Notes: a model not told the origin generated them from the letters alone. A stretch of 64,000 bases of DNA from an uncultured Nitrospiraceae bacterium (GCA_963706325.1 CAVPLT010000004.1:320001-384000); one strand, 5' to 3'. Positions 1 to 10,771 are shown, numbered from the stretch's first letter. Numbers and translations: made by a program.

Positions 1-2
1 TC

Positions 3-1955
3 GAAGGCCTTTCGAAGGAGCAAGCGTCTGCCATGAAAGAGGCCATGGGACCATCCAAGGCGGTGGCGTTCGACCAGGTCGGCCAACCCACTAGGGCAGC
101 GATCGGCTTTGCCGCCGGCCAGGGCATTCCGGTTGACCAACTGCAAGTGCGTCAGACCCCAAAGGGCGAATATCTCTTCGCGGTAAAGCAGGAGCCGGGA
201 CAGTCGACCCCTACGGTGTTGACGCAAGCCCTGCCGCAATTTCTCGCCAAACTGTCATTTCCGAAGGCCATGCACTGGAACCAGACCGGCGTTCGTTTCG
301 CCAGACCCGTGCGCTGGTTGGTGGCGTTATGTGGCGGGAAGGTCCTTCCGATTGAGTTCGCGACAGTTAGGGCCGGCGATGTGACGCATGGCCATCGGGT
401 ACTGGGCGCCAAGGTGTCCAACTCGAAGGGTTTTGTGGTGAAGTCAATTGCGCATTATCTACTGGAGACCGAACGCCACAGTGTGATGGTGGATCCGAAC
501 CGGCGGCGCGATTTAATTTTAGAGCAGCTGGCGTCGCTCGCGACATCCGCCGGCGGACATCTACATCAGGATGACGATTTACTCGAACAGGCCATTTACA
601 TGGTCGAGAACCCCCATACGATCTTGGGTTCGTTCAAGCCGCACTATCTCGCGCTCCCTAAAGAAATACTGATGACCTCCATGAAGGAACATCAAGGCTA
701 CTTCTCATTGATCGATCAGAAGGGGGCATTGCTGCCGCATTTTCTCGCCGTCACCAACATGAAGTTGACGAACATGCAGTTGATCCGCGAGGGAAATGAG
801 CGGGTGCTTGCGGCGCGTTTGGCTGATGCGAAGTTTTTCTTCGATGAGGATCGCAAGATCCCACTGGCCGACCGAGTGGCCAAGCAACAGGCTGTGACCT
901 TTCATCAAAAGCTCGGCAGCCTCCACCAAAAGACCCAGCGCGTGATCGCCATGGCGGCACATGTCGCGGAGCAACTGGGTGAGGAACAACTGGTTAGGGA
1001 TTGCCGCCGAGCGGCGGAGCTCAGCAAGGCGGACTTGCTCACCGGGATTGTCGGTGAGTTTCCAACTCTGCAAGGGATCATGGGCGGGGAGTACGCCAAG
1101 CATGACGGCGAGTCACCGGTGGTCAGCGCGGCGATCCGCGAACAGTACATGCCTCGCGCGATGGAAGGGGAGTTGCCGGAGTCGTTGGCCGGAAAGGTCC
1201 TTTCCCTTGCCGATCGACTGGACAGCATAGCCGGGTTCTTTCTCGTCGGCTTAGTCCCCAGCGGATCCGAAGATCCTTTTGCCCTCCGTCGCCATGCTAC
1301 GGGGATCGTACGCATTCTGGTTGAGGGTACGCTGCGGTTGAACCTTGCACAGGCGGTACGACATGCGCAGGAGGTGCTCACTGGTCAGCAGATCGCCGCT
1401 GCGTCAGACAGCGGCAAGGGTGGGCCGCCTGATGTCATCGGCTTCCTGTTCGAGCGTGTGCGCTTCTATGGCAAGACCACGCGGCAATTCCGCGACGATG
1501 TCATGGAGGCGGTGCTGAAGTCGGTGGATCGCCAGACCATCGACCTCGTTGACCTTTTTGACAAAATGAAGGCGCTCCAGCAGATCACCGTGAGAGCGGA
1601 ATTCGATCCCTTGATTGTCGGATTCAAACGCGCGCATCGACTCACTGAGAAAGAACAGTGGGATCGGAAGCCGGTGGATGCCGCTCTATTCCAGGAGGCT
1701 GCCGAGTCTGCATTGTACCAGATGCTGCAGGCCGGCCAGCAGGAGTATTCCGCCGCCATGGCCGGCGGAAACTATGGTCACGCGCTCGACGTGCTGGTTC
1801 GGATGAAAGGGCCGATCGACGACTTTTTCAACGCCGTCATGGTCAATACCGACGATCCCGCCGTGCGCGGAAATCGTCTGTCCCTCCTGAAGGCGGTCGA
1901 TGATTTGTTCATGTCGTTCGCTGATTTCTCTCAGATTATGGTACAAGGGACTTAG
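3..1955 (+). CDS. glyS: Glycine--tRNA ligase beta subunit (5' end outside window)
   Basis: Motifs FxRPVRWLVAL, GNERVLAARLADAKFFF, EFPTLQGIMG, GSEDPFALRR and C-terminal DALR-like region; frame open back to window start. Confidence 0.95.
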   Translation, partial: EGLSKEQASAMKEAMGPSKAVAFDQVGQPTRAAIGFAAGQGIPVDQLQVRQTPKGEYLFAVKQEPGQSTPTVLTQALPQFLAKLSFPKAMHWNQTGVRFARPVRWLVALCGGKVLPIEFATVRAGDVTHGHRVLGAKVSNSKGFVVKSIAHYLLETERHSVMVDPNRRRDLILEQLASLATSAGGHLHQDDDLLEQAIYMVENPHTILGSFKPHYLALPKEILMTSMKEHQGYFSLIDQKGALLPHFLAVTNMKLTNMQLIREGNERVLAARLADAKFFFDEDRKIPLADRVAKQQAVTFHQKLGSLHQKTQRVIAMAAHVAEQLGEEQLVRDCRRAAELSKADLLTGIVGEFPTLQGIMGGEYAKHDGESPVVSAAIREQYMPRAMEGELPESLAGKVLSLADRLDSIAGFFLVGLVPSGSEDPFALRRHATGIVRILVEGTLRLNLAQAVRHAQEVLTGQQIAAASDSGKGGPPDVIGFLFERVRFYGKTTRQFRDDVMEAVLKSVDRQTIDLVDLFDKMKALQQITVRAEFDPLIVGFKRAHRLTEKEQWDRKPVDAALFQEAAESALYQMLQAGQQEYSAAMAGGNYGHALDVLVRMKGPIDDFFNAVMVNTDDPAVRGNRLSLLKAVDDLFMSFADFSQIMVQGT

Positions 1956-1969
1956 CGAATGGTGAGCCT

Positions 1970-2488
1970 TTGGACTCCACTGCAGCGAGTGTCCCTGAGC
2001 GGACCGAGGCAGAGGCCGCGGCCGAGCTGAGGGCCAAGAAAGTCCGACGGTTTGCGTCCGGCATCAGCGTCGTCATGATGGTGCTGTGCAACGCGGTGTT
2101 CCTCTTCGGCATCTGGGTGACCGGCGTCAACTTCGAACGGCTGGTGCGGACACCGGATAGGTATGATTCCAAACACGACATCTGCTTGCGGCTGGCCTAT
2201 CAGCACATTCCGGGCGCGGACAACCCGGTGCAATTCTGTTCGGAGTGGCTCAACCTCTCCGATGAGACCGGAAAGACCCATACGTTTCAAAAAGAGACCG
2301 AGATCAAACAGGGAGCAGACGGGAAGTTTTATTTCGATTACGGACCGTTCGTGGACTACCGGTTATTTGCGGTCGGCGCGTTCGTGGTGGGGATTATCGT
2401 ATGCGGCATTCGTGTCACCAGGCACGTCGTAAATCGCTACCGTATGCGATTGGAAGCCGCCGCCCGGCATTCGGTCCCAAGTCATTGA
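1970..2488 (+). CDS. Hypothetical membrane protein (two hydrophobic segments)
   Basis: Tightly packed ORF between glyS and ppdK with two predicted TM stretches. Confidence 0.7.
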   Translation: MDSTAASVPERTEAEAAAELRAKKVRRFASGISVVMMVLCNAVFLFGIWVTGVNFERLVRTPDRYDSKHDICLRLAYQHIPGADNPVQFCSEWLNLSDETGKTHTFQKETEIKQGADGKFYFDYGPFVDYRLFAVGAFVVGIIVCGIRVTRHVVNRYRMRLEAAARHSVPSH

Positions 2489-2513
2489 CCTCATAGCAGA
2501 AGGAGAGCGTCGC

Positions 2514-5378
2514 GTGGCCAAGAAATACGTCTATTACTTTGGAGATGGCAAGGCCGAAGGCACCGGTACGATGAAGGAGCTCCTCGGAGGCAAAGGCGCC
2601 GGCCTGGCCGAGATGACGAATCTCAAGGTCTCGGTTCCCCCGGGCTTCACGATCTCGACGGAAGCCTGCGTTGAATACTACAAACGCAACAAGGCCTACC
2701 CCCCCGGCATGATGGACGAGGCATTGCAGGCGCTCAAGCGAGTCGAGCGGTCGATGAAGGCCGGCTTCGGCGATCCGGACAATCCTCTCCTGGTTTCGGT
2801 TCGGTCAGGCGCGCGTGCCTCCATGCCCGGCATGATGGACACGGTCTTGAACGTAGGACTGACGACGAAGAGCGTGCACGGACTGGCTCTCAAGACTAAG
2901 AACGAACGATTTGCGCAGGACAGTTACCGCCGTTTTATTGGCATGTTCGGCAGCATTGTGATGGGAGTCAATCGCGAGCATTTCGAGGATATTCTCAAGC
3001 ACAAAAAGCGGGATCTGGGGGTGACGGAGGACACGCATCTTGACGCGAAGGCGCTCAAGGAGCTGGTGGTCCGTTTCAAGGAGCTGGTCAAAGAAGAGAC
3101 CAAGCGGGATTTTCCGGACGATCCCTTGGAGCAGTTGCGCATGGCGATCAATGCGGTGTTTTCATCCTGGTATGGCGCCCGCGCCGTGACCTATCGACGA
3201 CTCTACGATATTCCCGAGACATGGGGCACAGCCGTAAATGTCGTGGCCATGGTATTCGGCAACATGGGGGAGACCAGCGGCACCGGTGTGGCATTCACGC
3301 GCGATCCGGCCACCGGTCAGCGGAACTTCTTCGGTGAATGTTTGACGAACGCGCAGGGCGAAGACGTCGTAGCCGGCATCCGAACCCCGCTTCCGGTTCG
3401 TGAGCTCGAGAAGTACATGCCGCAGGCCTACAAGGAGCTCGAAGCGACCTACAAAAAACTGGAACGCCATTACCGCGACATGCTCGACCTGGAATTCACC
3501 ATCCAGGAAGGCAAGCTCTACATGCTGCAAACCCGGGTTGGAAAACGCACCGGTGTGGCAGCTGTCCGGATTGCGGTGGATATGGTGAAGGAAGGGCTGA
3601 TTTCCAAAAAAGAGGCGCTCCAGAGGGTTGGGCCTGATCAGCTCTCGCAGTACCTCTATCCTATTTTTGACGCGAAGGAAGAATCGCGCTGCACCGCGCT
3701 CGGAAAAGGCTTGCCGGCCGGCCCAGGAGCCGCCGCAGGTAAAATCGCTCTGACCGCGGATCGTGCAGTGGAGATGAAGGCCGCGGGGACCCGTGTGGTG
3801 CTCGTTCGCCAAGAGACCAGTCCCGATGATATTCACGGCATGAACGCCGCCCTGGGGTTCCTGACCGCACGTGGCGGTATGACGTCGCATGCGGCCGTGG
3901 TCGCGCGGCAGATGGGAAAAGTGTGCGTGGCGGGATGTGATGCCATCGAGGTGCTAGATAACCAAACGGTGCGAATCGGGACCCAAACCTTTCGCGAAGG
4001 TGATTATCTGTCGGTGAATGGCTCGACCGGCAATGTGTATGGTGGCGATATTCCGGTGGTGGAATCGGAAGTGATCCAGGTGCTGCAGGGAAAAATGGAC
4101 GCCTCGGCGTCCGAAAAGTACCAACTGTTCGAGTCGGTCTTGAAGTGGGCCGACGGGGTGCGTCGCTTGAAAGTCCGCTCGAATGCGGACGTGCCGGATC
4201 AAGCCCGTATCGCGAGAAGTTTCGGAGCGGAAGGGATCGGACTCTGCCGGACGGAGCATATGTTCTTCGCGGAAGACCGTATCCAAATCATGCAAAAGAT
4301 GATTCTGGCGCGGAAACGTGAAGAGCGGGAAAAGTATCTCGACCAACTGTTGCCGCTGCAGAAGCAGGATTTCATCGGCCTCTACCGAGAGATGAAAGGC
4401 TATCCGGTCACGATCCGGCTCCTCGATCCGCCGTTGCACGAATTTCTGCCGAAGCGTGAAGACCTGATGGTTGAAATTGCCCAGCTCGAACTCACCAGCG
4501 GCGCTCCGGCGGTGCTCGAAGAGAGGAGACGCCTTCTCGCACGCGTGGAAGAACTCCACGAATTCAATCCCATGCTGGGTTTGCGCGGGTGTCGCCTCGG
4601 AATTACGATGCCGGAAATCACGCGCATGCAGGCTCGCGCCATCATCGAAGCGGCGTGTGAGCTGGCGAAGGAGGGTACGAAGATCGTTCCTGAGATCATG
4701 ATTCCATTGGTGGGCATGGTCTCAGAGATGAAGGCCCAGAAGGATCTGGTTCGCGAAGTCGCCACAGAAACGATGAAGCGGTACAACGTGAAAATCTCCT
4801 ACCTCGTCGGGACCATGATCGAACTCCCGCGGGCCGCCGTGACGGCCGATCGCATTGCGGAGGAGGCCGAATTCTTCTCCTTCGGCACGAACGACTTGAC
4901 GCAGACCACGTTCGGATTCTCCCGTGACGATGCGGCGAAATTCATTGATTTCTACAAGACGGCCAATATCCTCGAAACCGATCCCTTTGCGGTGCTCGAC
5001 CGGGAAGGGGTCGGGTCGCTCATGCGCACAGCCATCGTGGGAGGCCGGAAGACCCGCCCCACGATCAAGCTGGGCATCTGCGGCGAACATGGCGGGGACC
5101 CGAGTTCGGTCGAGTTCTGTCATCAGCTAGGCCTGGATTATGTGAGTTGTTCGCCCTATCGGGTCGGGATTGCGAGATTGGCCGCTGCGCAGGCAGCGTT
5201 GGCCGAAGCCGAGGCGGAAAAAGCCAAGCCGAAGAAAGCGGCGCCGAAAAAAGTCCAGTCCAGCGCCGCGACACGAATGAAGCCCACCACAGCTAGGAAG
5301 GCCACGACCCGCGCGTCCGAGAAGGCGAAGCCGAGCAGCAAACGCGTTGTCGGCCGATCTAAGCGTACGAAGCGGTGA
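2514..5378 (+). CDS. ppdK: Pyruvate, phosphate dikinase
   Basis: LLGGKGAGLAEM, VSVRSGARASMPGMMDT, GGMTSHAAVVAR (phospho-His), GIGLCRTEHMF, FSFGTNDLTQ, GICGEHGG; RBS AAGGAG. Confidence 0.97.
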   Translation: MAKKYVYYFGDGKAEGTGTMKELLGGKGAGLAEMTNLKVSVPPGFTISTEACVEYYKRNKAYPPGMMDEALQALKRVERSMKAGFGDPDNPLLVSVRSGARASMPGMMDTVLNVGLTTKSVHGLALKTKNERFAQDSYRRFIGMFGSIVMGVNREHFEDILKHKKRDLGVTEDTHLDAKALKELVVRFKELVKEETKRDFPDDPLEQLRMAINAVFSSWYGARAVTYRRLYDIPETWGTAVNVVAMVFGNMGETSGTGVAFTRDPATGQRNFFGECLTNAQGEDVVAGIRTPLPVRELEKYMPQAYKELEATYKKLERHYRDMLDLEFTIQEGKLYMLQTRVGKRTGVAAVRIAVDMVKEGLISKKEALQRVGPDQLSQYLYPIFDAKEESRCTALGKGLPAGPGAAAGKIALTADRAVEMKAAGTRVVLVRQETSPDDIHGMNAALGFLTARGGMTSHAAVVARQMGKVCVAGCDAIEVLDNQTVRIGTQTFREGDYLSVNGSTGNVYGGDIPVVESEVIQVLQGKMDASASEKYQLFESVLKWADGVRRLKVRSNADVPDQARIARSFGAEGIGLCRTEHMFFAEDRIQIMQKMILARKREEREKYLDQLLPLQKQDFIGLYREMKGYPVTIRLLDPPLHEFLPKREDLMVEIAQLELTSGAPAVLEERRRLLARVEELHEFNPMLGLRGCRLGITMPEITRMQARAIIEAACELAKEGTKIVPEIMIPLVGMVSEMKAQKDLVREVATETMKRYNVKISYLVGTMIELPRAAVTADRIAEEAEFFSFGTNDLTQTTFGFSRDDAAKFIDFYKTANILETDPFAVLDREGVGSLMRTAIVGGRKTRPTIKLGICGEHGGDPSSVEFCHQLGLDYVSCSPYRVGIARLAAAQAALAEAEAEKAKPKKAAPKKVQSSAATRMKPTTARKATTRASEKAKPSSKRVVGRSKRTKR

Positions 5379-6502
5379 GGTCGTCCGCGCGCGATCTGGA
5401 GTACATGACCCTGGCCCTTCGTCTCGCGGCGAAGGGGCGGGGCTTCACCAGTCCCAATCCCATGGTCGGTGCCGTCGTTGTCACTCGAGGTCAGGTTGTC
5501 GGTCAGGGTTCCCACCGCAAGGCCGGGGGGCCGCATGCCGAAGTCATTGCTTTAAGCCAAGCCGGCTTGCGCGCCAGGGGCGGCACCCTCTATGTCACAC
5601 TCGAACCCTGTAGCCATCTCAAAAAACGCACCCCACCCTGCGTACCACTCATCCTCAAGTCAGGAGTCCGCCGCGTTGTCGTGGCGATGGTCGATCCCAA
5701 CCCGCAGGTGAAGGGCAAAGGCATTTCGCAACTGAAACGAGCCGGCATGAAGGTCGAGGTCGGTTGCGGCCAGTCCACGGCCACGCAACTCAATGAAGCG
5801 TACGTCCATCGTGTGCAAACCGGTCGCCCCTTTACTATCCTCAAAGCCGGGATGACGCTAGATGGAAAAATCGCCACAGCCAGCGGCGAGTCCCAATGGA
5901 TCACCGATGAGACGTCGCGAGCTCAGGCGCACCAGTTGCGCGCCGGCGTTGACGCGGTCTTGGTCGGTATCGGCACGGTGTTGCGCGACAATCCCACACT
6001 GACCGCCAGACTGGCTCACGATCCACCGCGGCTTGCTCTGCGCCAGCCATTACGCATCGTGGTGGATAGCCGGTTACGCATTCCTCTCAAAGCCGCCGTT
6101 CTTCAACATCAACAAGCCGCGCATACGTTGATTGCCACGACGACTGCGGCTTCAGGCCGCAAGATCGAGTTACTCATGAGGCGAGGGATCGATGTGCTAG
6201 TCCTGCCCAAGCTCGGCGATCATGTCAGCTTGCCTACGTTGTGGACGAGGCTTGGGCAATTGGGCGTGACCAGCTTGCTGGTTGAAGGTGGAAGCGAGAT
6301 CAACGCAGCGGTGCTTCGCGGACAGCTCGCCCAGCGGCTCACATGTTACGTCGCGCCACTTCTTCTCGGTGGGCAAGAGGCCAAGGGGCTTATCGGTGGA
6401 CGCTCGCCGCGCCGACTTCGGGACGCCGTGCCGCTCAAGAATCTACGCATCGAACCGGTGGGGCGTGATATGCTGATTCAGGCGGACCTTTCGACTCATT
6501 AG
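5375..6502 (+). CDS. ribD: Bifunctional riboflavin deaminase/reductase
   Basis: PNPMVGAV, HAE, TLEPCSH..TPPC zinc deaminase motif; LDGKIAT..GESQWIT and LLVEGG reductase motifs. Confidence 0.95.
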   Translation: MRSSARDLEYMTLALRLAAKGRGFTSPNPMVGAVVVTRGQVVGQGSHRKAGGPHAEVIALSQAGLRARGGTLYVTLEPCSHLKKRTPPCVPLILKSGVRRVVVAMVDPNPQVKGKGISQLKRAGMKVEVGCGQSTATQLNEAYVHRVQTGRPFTILKAGMTLDGKIATASGESQWITDETSRAQAHQLRAGVDAVLVGIGTVLRDNPTLTARLAHDPPRLALRQPLRIVVDSRLRIPLKAAVLQHQQAAHTLIATTTAASGRKIELLMRRGIDVLVLPKLGDHVSLPTLWTRLGQLGVTSLLVEGGSEINAAVLRGQLAQRLTCYVAPLLLGGQEAKGLIGGRSPRRLRDAVPLKNLRIEPVGRDMLIQADLSTH

Positions 6503-6509
6503 GAGCGTC

Positions 6510-7829
6510 GTGCGATTTCTCTCCCGGCTCTGGCTACGATTGTATTTCCCGGCTCTTTTCCTGCTCGTCTTCTCCAGCATCCTGTATGTTCCGACTTCGA
6601 TGCTCCATGGCGCGGAAGAGGCGCCTGAGTCCCAACTTGGCGCGCTGGTGTGGCAGTACATCGCAACCGAGGATAGCGAGCATGCCCGGGCATTGCTTGG
6701 GTCGATTCTGCCGCGACCGGACGCGACGGTGCAGACGCTTCAAACTCTCCTTCGAAAAGGTCCCCCCCATAGCCTTCAGCCAGTAGGTCTATTACCAGAT
6801 GAGCAGGTCGTCGTACGTGACCGGACCTATCGGTACAGCCTCTCAGTCCCCGAACGGTACGAACCGAACCGAGACTATGCGCTAGTCGTCTGTCTGCACG
6901 GCGCGGGGTTCACCGGCGAAGCCTACCTAGATCGATGGAAGACCAGATTGGGGGAGGGGTACATTCTCGCCTGCCCAACCTATCCTGCCGGCGCCTGGTT
7001 TACCAGGCGCGCTGAAGATCTGGTGCTGGCGACGGTGCGGGCCGTGCAGCAACGTTATCGGATCGATCCCAACCGAATTTTTCTCACCGGCATGTCGAAC
7101 GGCGGCATCGGCGCTTGGCTGATCGGCATGCATCACGCGCCCCTGTTTGCCGGGGTCGCACCCATGGCGAGCGGGATCGACGATGTGCTGTTTCCGTTCC
7201 TTGAAAATCTCCGTACGACGCCGGTCTACATCATTCACGGGTCGCAGGATCAAGTAATGCCGGTGGAGCTAAGCCGCAAACTGGCGGGCGAACTCAAACA
7301 CCTCGGCTCTCCGTTTGTCTATCGCGAACATGACCGGACTCACGTCATGGCCGGTGGCCACTTCTTTCCACGTGAGGAGTTGGCCGACTTGGTGAAGTGG
7401 TTCAACGCTCAGCATCGGGCTCCTGCTCCGAAGGCTCTCACGGTCGTGCGCGACGCCAGTCATTTGCTGCCGTTCGGGTGGGTGCGCATCGATGGGACAG
7501 ACGAGATCGCGTCGTTCTCGGAGGATTTGATCGACAAGCGTGACGCCAGCATCCGGCAACGCAGCTATGCCAGATTGATTGGCGAGATCACCGGACCCAA
7601 TCGGATCGAGGTGCAGGCCGACCGGGTACGACAGTACACGCTGTTTCTGAATGAAGACCTTGTCGATCTGTCGAAGCCGATCGTGGTCACTACGAATGGT
7701 CAGGTATCCTTCGAGGGCGCCATCACTCTAGAGCCTGAGACCCTGCTGCGGCAAGCCCGACTTCGACAAGACTTCGGACTACTTTTTCCCGCCCACCTTA
7801 CGCTCTCCGTTCCACAGCCGTCTTCATGA
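6510..7829 (+). CDS. Exported alpha/beta hydrolase (esterase/peptidase-like)
   Basis: N-terminal hydrophobic segment, VVCLHG, nucleophile elbow GMSNGG, IIHGSQD. Confidence 0.75.
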   Translation: MRFLSRLWLRLYFPALFLLVFSSILYVPTSMLHGAEEAPESQLGALVWQYIATEDSEHARALLGSILPRPDATVQTLQTLLRKGPPHSLQPVGLLPDEQVVVRDRTYRYSLSVPERYEPNRDYALVVCLHGAGFTGEAYLDRWKTRLGEGYILACPTYPAGAWFTRRAEDLVLATVRAVQQRYRIDPNRIFLTGMSNGGIGAWLIGMHHAPLFAGVAPMASGIDDVLFPFLENLRTTPVYIIHGSQDQVMPVELSRKLAGELKHLGSPFVYREHDRTHVMAGGHFFPREELADLVKWFNAQHRAPAPKALTVVRDASHLLPFGWVRIDGTDEIASFSEDLIDKRDASIRQRSYARLIGEITGPNRIEVQADRVRQYTLFLNEDLVDLSKPIVVTTNGQVSFEGAITLEPETLLRQARLRQDFGLLFPAHLTLSVPQPSS

Positions 7830-8632
7830 ACCTGCCTCAATTGGCCGCCAGACGGACCTCTGCACTTGTGCTTGTCATGATGGTCGGGGTGACTACCTTG
7901 CTCTCCCACGGTCTAGCCGAATCGGACAGCTGCGTGTTTCCTTCGCAACATGCCGGAGTTATGTTCCCTGTGGATCAGATGGACACCAGATGGGCCTGTC
8001 GGCTGAACCCGATCACCAGTCATTATACGACGGCCACGAAAATCGGACCGATGCGGACGCCATTACCGGAGCATATATTTCTGTATCTTTTGGATCATCC
8101 GGTGATGGCAGCCGCTCTGCTCAATCGCCTCGATTTGGGGCTGTATAAGGCTGAGGTGCGCGAGCCGGGAGAATTTTGGGCCACCGACGGTGAGGGCACC
8201 GAGGGGATCATCCATCCGGTCATTCAGGAAGGCACGACGCGGGTGTATTTTGCGCAAGGCAGTCATGACGGAAGGCTGTTGCCTAAAGTAACCGGCAAGG
8301 CGGTCGTGTTGCTCAGGTTGAGCCCGGTCACGGACAGCCGTGGGATTGCATCGATCGACAGCACGCTGGTCGCGTATCTGCGACTCGACAATCGGGTTTT
8401 GTCGGGGATCCTGTCTTTGCTTCGTCCGTTGATCGGCAACGTGGTGAACCGGCAATTGCTCAAAGCCTTCGATGCGGCGCGTCTCTTGGGCGGCGCCATG
8501 CGAGAGCATCCCGATCGAGTCTTGTTTGAGGCGACCGATCCACCATCCCTGCCTGATGAAGACGTGGCCTTCTTGAAAGCTGCGCTCACAAGCCTGCACA
8601 ATCCCATCTCATCGCCGCGAGCCACACCATAG
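7826..8632 (+). CDS. Hypothetical exported protein
   Basis: ATGA overlap with upstream gene; signal-peptide-like N-terminus. Confidence 0.65.
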   Translation: MNLPQLAARRTSALVLVMMVGVTTLLSHGLAESDSCVFPSQHAGVMFPVDQMDTRWACRLNPITSHYTTATKIGPMRTPLPEHIFLYLLDHPVMAAALLNRLDLGLYKAEVREPGEFWATDGEGTEGIIHPVIQEGTTRVYFAQGSHDGRLLPKVTGKAVVLLRLSPVTDSRGIASIDSTLVAYLRLDNRVLSGILSLLRPLIGNVVNRQLLKAFDAARLLGGAMREHPDRVLFEATDPPSLPDEDVAFLKAALTSLHNPISSPRATP

Positions 8633-8642
8633 TGAGACGCCC

Positions 8643-9818
8643 GTGACTACCTCTCGTAGCTTTTTCTACCTCTGCACCCTCGGCGTGTTTTGTTTCATCA
8701 GTTACAACCTTGTCCGCATGCCGGTGCTATCCCTATTCGCCGAATCATTGGGCGCTGGTCCGGAACGGATCGGGTTGATTGTGTCCGTCTCGACTATTAC
8801 CGGCGTGCTGCTGAAATTGCCCTCGGGAGCCCTCTCCGATATCTACGGGCGCAAGATGCTGCTACGCATCGGTGTGGTGGCATTCGGGCTCCCGCCGTTC
8901 ATCTATCCGTTTATCACGGACCTGAATGCCCTGACGGGATTGCGATTCGTGCACGGCCTCGCCACGGCGATCTTTGCGCCGAGCGCCCTAGCGACGGTGG
9001 CTGATCTGTACAAGGAACGGCGGGGGGCGGCCTTGGGCACCTATACGGCCTGTACCCAATCGGGCTCACTTCTTGGACCCTTTCTTGGAGGCTGGTTGGC
9101 CTATGAGGCGGGATTTTCTGCCGCGTTTGTAACCGCCGGGATGTTCGGCTGCATCGCCATCCTGATTTTTTTCAGCCTCCATTTGGATGAGCCGCCGCCC
9201 CGTGTGCGAGAAAAGGGCTTAGCGCAGGTCCTCGCCGAAATGGGCAAAGGTTTCCTTGCAGTGGCCCGCAATCGACGCGTGTTGATTACCAGTTCCACCG
9301 ATGCCGCCAAAATGATCGCCAACGGAGCCTTAATGGCGTTCCTGCCGCTGTATGGCCTCTCCGTTGGACTCAATCCGGGTGAAGTGGGCCTGCTGTTCAG
9401 CGTGCAGGCCGTGACCTCATTTTTATCCAAGCCAATCATGGGGCGCGTGTCGGATCGCGTGGGCCGGCAGCCGTTGATCGTGATCGGGCTGGTGATTTGT
9501 GCGGCGACCTTTATAAGCATGCCCTATGTGGGTTCGTTTACGGTATTGTTGGTGCTGTCGTCAGGATTCGGTTTTGGAGAGGCGGTGGTGTCATCGTCTT
9601 CCGCCGCCCTGGTGGCTGACAGTTCCGAATTCAAACGGTTGGGCGCGGGGATGGGCATGCAGGGCACGGTGATGGACATCGGACATGCCAGTGGCCCGCT
9701 GCTGGCCGGTTTGCTGATCGCCCATGCCAGCTACCAGAGCGCCTTTGCTGTCATTGCCGGTCTGCAAATACTGGCCGCCATCGCCTTTTGGGCTACGATG
9801 AGGACGATCCCGCGGTAG
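8643..9818 (+). CDS. MFS transporter
   Basis: About 12 hydrophobic segments; motif A twice (GALSDIYGRK, GRVSDRVGRQ). Confidence 0.9.
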   Translation: MTTSRSFFYLCTLGVFCFISYNLVRMPVLSLFAESLGAGPERIGLIVSVSTITGVLLKLPSGALSDIYGRKMLLRIGVVAFGLPPFIYPFITDLNALTGLRFVHGLATAIFAPSALATVADLYKERRGAALGTYTACTQSGSLLGPFLGGWLAYEAGFSAAFVTAGMFGCIAILIFFSLHLDEPPPRVREKGLAQVLAEMGKGFLAVARNRRVLITSSTDAAKMIANGALMAFLPLYGLSVGLNPGEVGLLFSVQAVTSFLSKPIMGRVSDRVGRQPLIVIGLVICAATFISMPYVGSFTVLLVLSSGFGFGEAVVSSSSAALVADSSEFKRLGAGMGMQGTVMDIGHASGPLLAGLLIAHASYQSAFAVIAGLQILAAIAFWATMRTIPR

Positions 9819-9993
9819 TGTTATAATGCCGCCGAAATTTCTCCGACGAATTGACCAAATTTTTGAGAAGGATGCTGGGAACGATGGATACGGATTTTAT
9901 CGAGATGCTGCAGCGCGGCATAGCCGCAGTCGGGGCCATTGGGTTACTGGGCTTTTGCCTGTATCTCCTGAACACTCGCAAAAGGAGTTAGCC

Positions 9994-10650
9994 ATGTTCA
10001 GCGGTATCGTGGAGGAAATGGGCGCCGTCTCAATCCTGAATAGGGGACTGGCCGGTACGCGCCTGACCATCATTGCCTCGACCATCCTGGGCGACCTCGT
10101 CATCGGAGCGAGCGTGAGCGTGAACGGCACATGCCTGACCGCGATAGCGAAGAACGACCAAGATTTCTCCGTCGATGTCTCGCCGGAAACCCTTCAGGTC
10201 ACGACGCTCGGCAGTCTCACATCAGGCTCGCCTGTCAACCTGGAACGCGCCATGAAACTCAACGACAGGATCGGCGGGCACATGGTATCCGGGCATGTCG
10301 ATGGAATCGGGACCTTGCGCAGCAGGCATCAAGACGGCAATGCGCTAGTTCTTGAACTGGAAGCTCCTAAAGATATTTTGCGTCTTTGCGTCGCGAAGGG
10401 GTCGATCACGGTCGATGGGATTAGCTTGACGATCAACGAGGTCACCGAACGCTCATTTGTTGTCTCGATCATTCCACATACCGCCAAAGCCACCACGTTG
10501 GGACTGAAGCAGGTGGGCGACCGGGTAAATCTGGAGTCGGATCTTATCGGCAAGTATGTGGAACGCCTGCTTCAAGAACGCGGCATCCTTCCGCCGAAAC
10601 CAGCGCCGGTCATTGATAAGGATTATTTGAAAAAGCGAGGATTGATCTAG
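9994..10650 (+). CDS. ribE: Riboflavin synthase (alpha chain)
   Basis: MFSGIVEE N-terminus after RBS AAAGGAG; SVNGTCLT, VNLERA, GGHMVSGHVDG, KGSITVDGISLT. Confidence 0.95.
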   Translation: MFSGIVEEMGAVSILNRGLAGTRLTIIASTILGDLVIGASVSVNGTCLTAIAKNDQDFSVDVSPETLQVTTLGSLTSGSPVNLERAMKLNDRIGGHMVSGHVDGIGTLRSRHQDGNALVLELEAPKDILRLCVAKGSITVDGISLTINEVTERSFVVSIIPHTAKATTLGLKQVGDRVNLESDLIGKYVERLLQERGILPPKPAPVIDKDYLKKRGLI

Positions 10651-10771
10651 CGGGATGCTGAAAAAGGCCGCCAGCGGCCTTCTCATCACTCAGACCCTCA
10701 ACGTACTCAGAGGGTACGCCTCGGGCCTTCACTCGCTGCGGCTTTGCTGAACGGCCTTTTTGAGCATCCCG
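10651..10771. repeat. Short intergenic element with terminal inverted repeats (REP/MITE-like)
   Basis: CGGGATGCTGAAAAAGGCCG (10651-10670) and CGGCCTTTTTGAGCATCCCG (10752-10771) are 19/20 inverted repeats. Confidence 0.75.

Noticed and set aside
9819..9993. FMN riboswitch upstream of ribE, or the longer ORF start at 9826
   Set aside because: No RFN conserved motifs seen; MFSGIVEE with a good RBS at 9994 is the canonical start
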